Below are positions 33,170-45,100 of a stretch of 64,000 nt of DNA, in pieces; position 1 is the stretch's first letter; every line of letters starts with the position of its first letter. The notes beneath the pieces are model-generated. The model saw nothing but the letters and a program-made list of their open reading frames with translations, ran no database searches and had not been told where the DNA came from. Made by a program: the position numbers and the translations under genes. Source of the stretch: Candidatus Eiseniibacteriota bacterium (GTDB lineage: Bacteria > Eisenbacteria > RBG-16-71-46 > CAIMUX01 > VGJL01); the NCBI GenBank assembly GCA_041946735.1, contig JBHGAY010000012.1:32001-96000 (forward strand), given 5' to 3'.

Positions 33170-36100
33170 ATGAGCGGAACAAGGACCAGGACCCTCGTCT
33201 TCGTGACGGCCCTGGTGCTCTGCCTGGTCGCCGGTTTCTCCGGGGCCTTCGCAGATACGCGAGACACGGAGCCGTCGGAAAACCAGGTGATCAACTACCC
33301 GGCCTACCCGGTCGAGCCGCTGGCCGGAGGACAGTATCCGCAAGGTCCTCCGTACATTGTCTCGGCCACGTACAACCCGGAAGGCCCACGGGTCGTGATC
33401 GTCTTCAACGAAGGCGTCAATCCCACGGGAGTCAACCCGGAGGACGTCCTCTCGTCGAACACGTTCGACCTGACGCAGACCGCCTTCGGGAGCGATGACG
33501 GGGACAACGTCCTCTACCTGACGTTCGACACGACCCCCGGCAACGCCGGGTTCGACGACGCGTCGACGGAAATCTTCGCCATGCTGCCGGGCGGGTTCCA
33601 GGACGCGACGCTGATGCGCAACATGGACGTGAGCCCGATCACCGTCGGCGACGGCCCGGTGATCACCAGCGTCACGATCAGTAACCGGCAAAACGATCTG
33701 CAGGGCATCGACGGCCCGGACGACAACCAGGTGGTCGTCACCTTCGACGCCAACGTGCAGCTCGTGGGGACCGACGACGCGGCCTTCGGCTCGACTCTCG
33801 AGTTCAACGGCCAGGCGCTCGACTCCAACGTCGCCGGAAACCAGATCACGATCGGGCTGGCCACGCAGACGGCCGACACCCCGCAGTTCCTGTACATGCA
33901 GCCCGGAGTGATGAATCTCCGGCTGGCGTCGGGAACGGTCCGTTGGGTGGCGAACAACGTCTCGAACAACAAGCTGGTCTTCCGCGCGACCGCGAACGAC
34001 GGACCGCTCCTCGCGGCCGCCTACTGGCGCGACCCGGTCACCGGGGGGAGCGAGGACGCGGACGTCGCGATCGCTTTCGACCAGCCGATCACGAACAATC
34101 TGCCCGCAGACTTCGGGGCGGAGTTCGACGCGGTGCCCGACGAGACGCAGGGGACGGTAACCACCTGGTTCCCGACCTCCTGGACCAACGTCCTGCGGGT
34201 CGGAAGCTTCAGCGCGGGCTTCATCCCCTACGAGAGGATCGCGATCGACACCAACGGCAGCCTGGCAGACTACCAGAACGCCGCTGCGCTCGATCCGGAC
34301 TCGATCGACGTCCACAGGGGTCTCGGGCTCGTTCGCGCGGCGTACAACCGCAACCTGACGCCCACCGACCTGACCGACGACGAGCTCTACCTGTATTTCA
34401 CGGAGCCGATCCAGAACTCAACGGATCTGACGGCGGACAACTTCGACGACTACTTCGACCTCATCGGCTTCTCGATCGGCGACCTGCCGGTTCTGGAGTA
34501 CGTCGAGCCGTCCGGTCCGGACAACTTCTCCGTGGTCATCGTCCGGAACTGGTTCCGGGCGCAGACGGCCAACCCCTGGGAGCAGGGGGACCGGATCATC
34601 GCGAAGGACCCGGGAATCCTCCCGGATCTCGTCGGTAGCATCTCGGGCGGCGGGCTCTGGGTCGGGACGGACGAGTCGACCGAAGGGGTCTACTACCTCC
34701 CGGTCCTCGACGAGTCCCGTCCTATCCAGCTGGCGCTCGAGGACACCCACGAGACGGTCGCCGATGCCTGGACCTTCGACGACACCAATGATACCTACAC
34801 GATCTTCCTCCGCTTCTCCGAGAACAGCGCGAACGGCGCTGCGAACGGCGAGGAAGACAGCGACGAATACTTCCTGTACCCGATCCGCGCCAACGACATG
34901 GCCCTCTGGGACAAGACCCGGATGGCGACCTATCTGCCCGAGGCGATCGCGATCGGGAACCTGAGTCCGCGGCAGGTGGACGGGACGACCCGGTTGGGCG
35001 TCTACGTGTCCGTCGAGGATGTGAATCCCGCAGCTCCTCCGGGGACCATCTTCTCGACGATCGACGGGTTCGACATCACGAGTCCCGGCCAGCTCGCCTT
35101 CCTGCTCGCTGCGGCGGATTGGCAGGGGAACCTCTCCAGGATCGAGACGATCAACCCAGACGAGTACGGCTGGACCTGGCTGCTGCCGCAGCCGGCGAAC
35201 CCGGATCTCCGGGTGTACATCCAGCCGGAGTACTGCTCGCCGGAGTTCCAGGGGAACATCCCGCTCTACGGCGTGCACTTCATCCACGACTACGAAGTGG
35301 ACAGGGTTCGTTTCGAGTACCTGAAGGACGACAACGGCAACGGTTGCGACACCGACGCGGGCGAGACCTGGGAAGAGCTCGTCACCGTCGGCGGCGAGCT
35401 GGCTCCCGCGCAGCGCGGCGACCCGCTCATGTACCGCAACAACACCGACCAGGGCTGCCGGGACGACCTGCGGGCGATGAGCCTCGGGACCTGGTACGCC
35501 TTCGAGTACGACGGGGTCGATGACTACTACTACTACGATGCGGACAACGACCTGATCTACAGCCCGCGCGACATGGTCGTCCGAAGCGACGACGACGTCT
35601 TCGGCAACGGCGACGATCTGGTCGTCATCGGCTCGGACCTCTACGGCGAGTCGGTGCCCGACGGCGCGATCCTCACGGCGTTCGTCTACTACGGCGACCC
35701 GAACGAGAGCGCGACCAACCCGGCCTACTACTGGGCCGAGGCCGACGCCGAGTGCCCGGGCGATCCGATCCTCGCGAGCCAGGGAACCGAGCTCGGGATC
35801 CTCAGCCCGTCCGACTACATCTTCCGCGAGAACCGCGAAGGGTACGTCGACGGCGGCGGCGTCCTGGACCCGACCCTCCAGGGGACCAACCTCTGGACGG
35901 CCAACTGGGCGCCGTGCGAGCTCGACGATCCGGACGGCGAGTACCTCGTGCGGACGATCGCGATCGACCGCTCCGGCAACGAGGACGAGATCCAGGAACA
36001 CTGCTACGACCCGAACGCCTGGAACCCGCTCGAGGTCGAGGCGATCACGGTCGAGTGCGAGCAGAACCTGACGGTCGATCTGACGACCGTCGACGCCTAC

Positions 36101-39100
36101 GTGCCTCGCTGGGACGAAGGAGCCGACGCCTGGACCTACGACGTCGTGACCCTCGACCTGGACACCACGGCGCCGGTCGTCGATCAGCTGCCGCCCAACA
36201 CGCGGTTCTTCAGGATCAACGCCGACGTCGACGCTCCCGACGTGGAGGGAGTCGTCTTCCAGGTCGACACCCCCGACGGAAGCTTCATCGTCGGCCCGAA
36301 CCCGGATGCGGACGTCTACAGCGATCTCGACGCGCTTCCGGGCTACAACTACCAGGCGGGCAACGCCGAGTACCTGGACGACGAGCGCTTCCAGGACGAC
36401 GGCGACTTCGTTTACGAGCCGGGCACGGACACCGTGCTGGATCCCGGCCGTAACGGCGTCGTCGACACTCCTGCGGGACAGCTCCTCATCCCGCTGGTCC
36501 TCGAGGACCTTGGGGACGTCGACCAGGACAACGACGGCAACATCCTCGACAACGGCACCGCGCAGAACGAGATCGACACTGTCGCTCCGTTCACGGCGTG
36601 GTTCGACATGGACGGTTACCAGGCGCCCGGCATCGTGAACTTCACGATTACGGCGACGGCGAACCGGACGGTCGAGAGCTGCCCGGGCGGCGCCCAGGCG
36701 AGCGCCGACAGCGAGGTCATCGAGATCAACAACTGGAGCCGGCCGCTGGTCGACGTGATCCGCGTCGAGGACCAGAACGACGCGGTCATCGACGTGTGGC
36801 ACCCGGTCGCCGATGGCGATCCGTACGGGATCTACCCGACGGAAGCCGGCAGCGAGCGGACCTTCCTGATCCACGTCACGGCCGAGGATCCGGACGGCAT
36901 CCGGTGGGTGCGGCTCTTCTACCGGGCGAACCCGGCCTGCGGCGGCACGCCGACGGTCTGGACGCTCGTGAGCCCCGCCGACGTCGACACCCTCCCCGAC
37001 GGCTCTCCGTGGGATAGCTACCCCGACGTGGACTATCCCTACGAGTTCCACTGGGTGCTGGGCGCTCTCGACGACGCGAACGGCAACTACCAGTTCTACG
37101 CGGAGGCGATGGACGAGGCGGGGAACCTCTCGGGGATCCCGGTCTTCCCGTACGGCTTCGGGTTCAACGAGTACGCGGGACAGGATCTCGCGCACGTCGT
37201 CCCGCTCGCCAACACGGATCACTGCGCTCCCGGTGACACGATCACCGTCGGGGACGAGTACCTGATCACGGCCGAGCTGGCGGATCCGACGCTGGAAGGC
37301 GACGTGCAGGTGCGCTTCTACTACGCTCCGCGCGTAGTCGGCGCAACCTACGCGCCCACCGACATCGACGCCAACAACCGGCTCTATCTGGACTTCTCGA
37401 TCCTCGACCCGACGACGGGCGGCCTCTATGTCTGCGTCAACGGTGTGGAGTACTCCAACGCCAACTACACGGCGAACGCAGGAGATGACTTCATCACCTT
37501 CACGCAGCTTCCGGCCGAGGGATCGACGATCCAGGTGAGCTACAACTTCGTGAGCGCGAACTACCCGGACGGGTGGCTCCCGATCGGCGAGGGCGACGAC
37601 GTCGCTCCGTACACCGTCGAGTGGGAGGAGGGTGTCAATCCTCCGGGCGTGCCCCCGTTCCAGGAGACGATCGACAACGGCCTGCCGGGCTATGACCTGA
37701 TCGCGGTCGCGCTGATCGATGTCGACGGCGACGGCCAGTACGATCCGGGCAGCATGTGCGACGTGATGGAGGCGCTCGCGAGCGAGAACGGCAACCATCG
37801 CGTGATCGTCGAGATCGGCAAGCCGATCGTTCACCTCTACGGTCTCGACTACGAGCCGGACTTCGCGGATGCCCAGTGGCACTACCCGCAGCAGGAGTAC
37901 TGGCCGGGGAACGCCTTCGGCCCGTCGAACGGATACGTGCAGCCCGATGGCGCGGAGAAGAAGCTCTCCGGCGTCGAGTTCGACGTGTTCGTGACGGCAG
38001 CTCCCGAGGACCCGGCGACGATCGATGACGTCCGGCTGGTCATGTTCCACCAGTTCCACGCCGAGCCGTACGACTCGATCGGGATGACGCTGATCGGCGA
38101 GGGTGAAGAGTTCACCATGCCGATCACGATGTACACGCGCGACTACTACGAAGTCCGGCCGGAGGAGATCGAGAACATCACGTTGCACGTGACCGATCTC
38201 GGGACCGGGACGACGACGCAGTACGCGATGGCGCCGGACGACGCGACGGAGCGCAACTACTACCAGGCGACCGCCACGTTCACGACCGGCAAGACGTACA
38301 CGTATCAGTTCTTCATCGACAAGGTCGGCGATGACGACGGCTTCTACCTGGATCGCCGGAACTCCGGTCCGTTCCAGCAGCCTAAGGACGACATCCCCGG
38401 CTACGCGTCGCTCATCGTCACGCCGCCTTCGGACTTCTGGTACGCGCACCTCACGAGCGCGAACTACCAGGAGAACACGATCTATCGCACGAACGTCGAG
38501 GCGATCGACTCCGACGGAGTCATCGGCAGCAACATGTCGGACGGTAGCGGCGACCCGCAGGGGCCGATCGTCTACGTCTACGACACGACGGCGCCGAACA
38601 TCGTCCGTCTCTGGGCCGATCCGATGCTGGTCGGCGTCGCGGACCCGCAGACGACCCTGTGGCTCGAGGCGAACGACGAGCCGAACCTCGACGTCAACGT
38701 GATCACGACGCGGACCGTCGTGTTCCAGTACAGCCCGCTCGAGACGCCGGACGAGTGGATCACGATCGGGATCGACACGACCTACGAGGACGGCTGGTTC
38801 ATGCCGTGGACCGTCCCCAACCCGATCAGCGATCTCTACGACAACGACGGCGACGGGCAGGTGGACGAGGACGACGAGCTGCTCGCGGACTACCCGGTCC
38901 GTGCGGTGGTCTTCGACGATGCCGGGTACTATCACGACCCGTTCGTCGTGGGCTTCCCGGGCTCGGGCAACCCGAGCTACGCCAGCTCGATCATCGTCCA
39001 GTTCGACGCGTTCCCGCCGTACACGCACATCATCGATCCGCATGACGGGACGGTCTTCCCGTATGGAACGACGATCCCGGTGACCGGGGTCGCCAACGAC

Positions 39101-42100
39101 ACGCCTCCCGAGGCGGCCGTGGCGACCGGCGTCGACTTCGTCCGGTTCCAGTACAAGGACGGCCAGAACCTCTGGGTCGAGAACGGCACGGCTCCGTACT
39201 ACACGCACGGGACCGACTTCGTCTTCCGCGACGAGAACGGCAACGAGCAGTACGACGACGGAGTCGACGTGGTCCTGTTCCAGCCGACGGGCACGGCGCC
39301 CGGCGACTTCAACGGCCAGGCGGGGAACCTCTGGTTCGACATCGACCCGACGGTGAACGACAACACCGACGAGCCGATCATCCAGGCGGATGCGCCGGAT
39401 CAGACGGAGTTCTCCATCGACTTCGATACGCGGCAGGTCTGGGGTACGGAGGATCTCTACGTCCGTCTCCGGATGCTGGCGACCGACATGGCCGGCAACG
39501 AGACGATCCAGGACGACCTCCATGCCGAGGAGATCGTCATCATCCTCAACGACATCACCGCGCCGACCGCCTACCTGCAGTGGATGTCGCGGCCTTGCGA
39601 GCCGACCTGCGCCGTTCTGAGCGGCGACGAGGTCGAGGGAACCAAGGGCGCGGTCACCCTCTACGGAACGGTCCTCGATCCGACCGGCGGCCTCGAGCAC
39701 GTGGTCGCGGTCGACATCGAGATCCGGGCCGAGGGCGACACCGACTGGACGGTCCTCGGTCGCGATCAGACTCCGTTCGACGCCGAGCCGTGCGCCGACG
39801 TTCCGGATCCCAACGGGACGTTCGGGTACTTCGCGCAGGCGTGGAACACCGACGAGTATCCCGAGGGCGTGTACGAAGTCCGCGCGGTTGCGGTCGACGA
39901 CGACGGCAACCGTGACGAGGAAGGCGCCCTCATCGTCCGGGTGAACGTGGACCGTACGCCGCCGAGCGTGAACTACGCGGCGACGGAAGGCTTCCCCGGC
40001 TTCATCGAGGGGATGGCGGAGTACCAGAACGACGGCGATCCTGACAGTCCGTCGTTCGTGATCGTCCGCGATCCCGATACCGGCGACGTCGAGTTCCGGG
40101 TCTACACGACCGACCCGGACGTCCAGACGATGACGCTGCAGTGGCGCTACCCGAGCGACCCGCTCGGCCTGTGGCGGCCCTGGAGCGAGGCGTTCAACGA
40201 GTTCAACAATGCGGATCGTCGGCTCTTCACCGACTTCCAGTACGAGCCGGCCCAGAACTTCGATGACGCCTTCGTCTGGATCGCGCACGCGGAGGACTTC
40301 TTCTACGAGACCGAGCCCGGCCTGGCGGACTACCTCATCAAGAGCACGTTCGTCCAGGGTCCGGTCGAGTGGCGCGTCCTCGCGACCGACTCGGCCTGCA
40401 ACACGAACTCCGGCCAGACCGACTTCGTGACGGCGACCGTCGACCTCACCTGCCCCAGCGTCTGGGACTACGCGGTCGACAAGCCGACCCGGATCGTCGT
40501 GCCTGGCGAGGAGATGAACTTCACCGTGTTCCTGAAGGACGCCGAGAGCGACGTCCGGACGGTCACGCTCCTGGGCGTTACGGATCCCGGAACGCCGGAC
40601 GAGCATCGCTACGTCATCGCGACGGGCGAGCTGCTCCCGGTCGTCGAGGGCGAGAACGTCTTCGATCTCGGTGGGCCGAACACGCAGTGGAAGTTCACCG
40701 CGACCTGGGCGTTCCCGGACGTCGTCTACAAGGACACCCCGCTTGAGATCTGGGTGGTCCGCGGCGACGTCGCCGGCAACACCTGCGGCGAGAACGAGCG
40801 GATCGATCTGATCACGGTCCAGGACCTCGTTCCGCCGGACAACACGAAGATCGTCTACATCGCCGGCCAGGTCGCCTTGAGCGACGACCCGGCGGACTCG
40901 GTCGCCTACGACGGTGGCCTGCCCGAGCTGCTCGAGAACGACAACGTCTGGGTGAACCGCGATGGCGGCCTCATCTACACGCCGTTCGGCGGCAACGGCG
41001 ACAACGACGACTACCTGGTCAGCGAAGGCTGGACGCCCGGTGTCGAGAACAACACCGAGGCGGACATCTTCACGCTGGGTGACGAGCTGGCAACCTATCC
41101 GCGCGAAGTGAACGAGGGGTACATGGGCAACCCGGCGGCCAACCCGCCGCGCGTCGCTCGTCTCGTGACCCTCGTCGCCCGCACCTGGGCGGATGACCAG
41201 AGCTTCGGCGCAGCGGACGACGGGATCGCGAAGGTGATCTTCCTCGTCCGTCCGTTCGGCGAGACTCAGGCCGACACCCTGTCGAAGGACGAGTACCAGC
41301 CGTTCTACCCGCTCTATCTGTGGCACGCCTTCTGGAACACGCAGGCGACGCTCGATGACGGCGTCACCCCGATCTATCCGGACGGCGACTACGAGATCGC
41401 GGCGTACGGCGTCGACTCCTCCGGCAACGTCGAGGACACGGCGGCTCTCGAGTGGACCCGGGTCACGGTGGACAACACCCCGCCGGTCGCCACGATGGAC
41501 GCCGATCCGACGACGGAGACGGTCGAGCAGACCCCGACTCCGATCGACATCGAGCGGAACAGCGCGTTCCTGCTCTTCGCCCGGATCCTGCCGGAGAACC
41601 CGATCAACGACGACGCGGCGACCTTCTTCTTCAAGAGGACGCGCGATCTGAACATGGCGGGGAGCTGGCTGCAGATCCCGGCGGTCGACGATCCGAACAC
41701 TCCGATCAACGAGAACTGGGCGCGCGGTCCCGAGGACGGCAATCCCGACGACACGCGTCCGTACAGCTTCAACCTCGATCTCGGGAAGTCGATGGATCCC
41801 GTGGACTTCCTGCACTGGCTGAACGATCCGAACACCGCGCCGAAGCCCGGCCCGCTGCACGTCGGCGAGCAGTATGACTTCGTCGCGGCGGCGTCCGACC
41901 TGCTGGGGAACACCACCTCGCACCTCGACGCCTTCGCCGACAGCCTGTGGGTCCGGATCCGGATCGTCGACACGATCGCTCCGATCATGACCATCACGGC
42001 CGTGGAGCGGAACATCGGTCAGACCGACCGGATCGAGAACCCGGATCAGGTCCATGCCCAGTCGTTCGCCTACCTCGAGGCCAAGAACCTCGACGGCATG

Positions 42101-45100
42101 ACCGACCTGGACGACGTCTTCTTCGTCTATCGCCCGCAGGGCGGGACGGACTGGACGCTCCTCGACGGCACGCTCGAAGAGCTCGGGGACGGCAGCTGGC
42201 AGATCGGTCCGTGGGATCTCGCGGCTCTCGAGCACAACGCGTGGTACGAGGTGGCGGCGATTGGCGTCGACGACGTCGGCAACCAGTCCGACCCGAGCGA
42301 CGACGCGACGCCGAAGCTCCTCGTCTACGTCGACTACGAGGCGCCGGACAACTACGCCTTCACGCACCCGGCGATCGACGCGACCGACCTCTGCGACTGG
42401 TACACCGGTGGGCTGCAGGGCGTGAAGCTCTACGACCTCGCGGTTGCGGACGCGGATGACGTCGAGAACGTCGACACGTGGGACATCGTTTTCGAGTACA
42501 AGCCGAGCTCGGCGATCGACGAGCCGGGCAACTGGACGACCGTGCCGACGGGCGGCGAGAACCTCCCGGATCACCCGGTCATCCATGACGACGGCACGAA
42601 CAGCTGGTGGCAGAAGTGGGAGATCCAGGATCTGAGCACCGACCTCTACGACATCCGCGCGACCATCGAGGATGTCGCCGGGAACGTGTCGGTCCTCGGT
42701 CTCACCCGCCTCGGCTACGACAACGACGAGCCGACCGACGTCGCGATCAGCCGGATCGAGACGGTCGAGGGCGGCGACATCGAGTTCCATCCGGACGGCC
42801 TGACCGACATCGCGGCGGGGACCGTCGTCCGGGTCTGCGCTTCCGCGAAGGACGACGAACTGAACCTGCCCGAGGACCGGGAGACCGGCGTCGCGCAGTT
42901 CGTGTTCGAGGCGTCCCGCGACGGTGGCGTGACCTGGTACGACCTCGGTCTCGCCGAGGCGGCTCAGGACGCAAACGACCCGACCGACTACACCGCTTGC
43001 CTCGACTGGAACACCACGGGCCTGGCTCCGGGGACTCTCCTCTGGGTCGGCGTCACGGCGGTGGACGAGTGCGGCAACGACAGCGGCCGGATCATCTACC
43101 AGATGCGGATCAGCGACATCATCCCGCCGACGGCCCGGATCGTCTGCTTCGACCCGGATCAGCAGCCGCACGGCGAGAATCCGCCGACCTGTGTCAAGAT
43201 CTACGCCCTCGCGGAGTCCGATCCGGACATCGCCGGCGTGATCTTCCAGTACGACACGGTTGACGGGGACGAGAACCACGAGTGGGTGAACATCGGAGTG
43301 GGCGAGCCGGTCAGCGGTGTGAACGGCGGCGGCGCGCCGACCACCGAGGTCCTGTGGTGGGCGTCTCTCCAGACGACCTCCCTCGACCCGGCCGTCACCC
43401 AGTACTGGCTGCGGGCGATCGCGAAGGACGAGGTCGGGAACCAGTACGGCGATTCGCCGGACGAGGTCGTCCCGATGATGCTCGCCTCTCTCGTGACCCT
43501 GCCGGACGGCTCGATGACCTTCGAGCCGGCCCGTACGACCACCCATGCGGTCGATAACGTCTCGGTCCAGGTCGAGAGCGCGACGCGCGTCATCCTCACC
43601 GTGAAGATGGCGGACAGCGTCGAGCGTCCTCGCGTGGTCGTGCTCGCGGAGCAGCCGTACCTCGAGTCCGGCGACTTCTGCCTGCACAACAACGAGGCGT
43701 GGATCTACTCGGCCGGCACCGACGGCGACTACAACCTGCTCCGGTCCAACGACGACCCGACGGTCTGGCGCGGCGAGATCCATCTGGAAGCGGAAGGCTG
43801 CTACCAGTATTCGATCTGCGTGACCGGTACGGACGAAGGCCTCCTCGTCGACCACGTCGGCGTGGCGGTCAACCAGTACCCGGTCTCGGCTGCGCTCGGA
43901 ACGAACGGCACCGTCGTGACGCCGGGCTATGAGGACCTCGAGAGCCGCGTGACGATCGTCTCCGGCGCCATCGAGGGTGAGGATTGCCTGCTCGTCAGCC
44001 CGACCCTCCCGCCGACGCTCGACCAGGACCAGGCGGTCTACCTGGAGCCGGTCGCGGACTCGGCGTGGCACATCGAGCTGATCGGCGGCAACTTCTCCGA
44101 CTTCGCAACCGGGTATCACCCGACCGTGGTCATCGCCTACGACCAGGCGGCCGTCGATGCGGCGCTCGCCGGTAGCAACGGCGCGGTGACCGAGGACATG
44201 CTGACCGTCCGCCGCTGGAACCCGGACACGGGTAGCTGGTCGGGCAACGGAATCAGCGCCATCCGGGTCAACACGGAAGCGAACACGATCAGCTTCGCCG
44301 TCGACAACCTGTCGTCGGCTCTCGACTGCATCAACGACCTGCTGAAGAGCGACGGCGAGGGCGGCTCGAGCTGCTCCGAGGGGAACATCTTCCAGGTGTT
44401 CGCTCCGAAGAGCGCGGCGCCGGTCTTCGTCTACAGCTTCTTCCCGCACAGCGCCTATCTGAGCGACTGGTGGACCGACGCCGACCCGATCGTCAGCGCC
44501 TACTTGAACGATCTCGGCGGACAGGGCATCGACCCGACCACAGTGAAGGTCCTGATCGACGGCCGTATCGTGGCGAACATGTTCCCCGCGGGCGGCGGAG
44601 AGGCGGACTACTTCTGGGGCGAGGGCCATGCCGAGATCTGGGCGGCGAACGAGGAAGGCACCGTCTGGGAGCTCGAGTACACGCACTCCCGTCTGCAGCG
44701 TGACTGGCTGACGGAGGGACAGCACACCTTCACGGTCCAGTACCGCTCGTACGGGACGTCGGACGAGACGAGCGTCGACACTCCGTTCTTCGTCGACCTC
44801 ACCGCTCCGCAGCTCGCGTTCCACGGCGGCTGGATCGGCAACCCGCTGCTCCAGAACCTGGCCGGCTACATCGACGGTGGTCCGAACTCGATTCTGACCG
44901 TCTCGATGTACGACGGCGGCTCCGGTATCTTCGTCCGGCCCGAGCGGCAGGAGTTCCTGCCGGACCTCGACTGCGATGAGTACATCGACAGCGAGGACCT
45001 CTACGAGGAGCCGGTCTGGACGCCCGATAGCGGCTGCTGGCAGGCGGTCGACTTCGGGATCAAGTACGACCTCTGGCTGGTCCATTACGAGGACGACCAG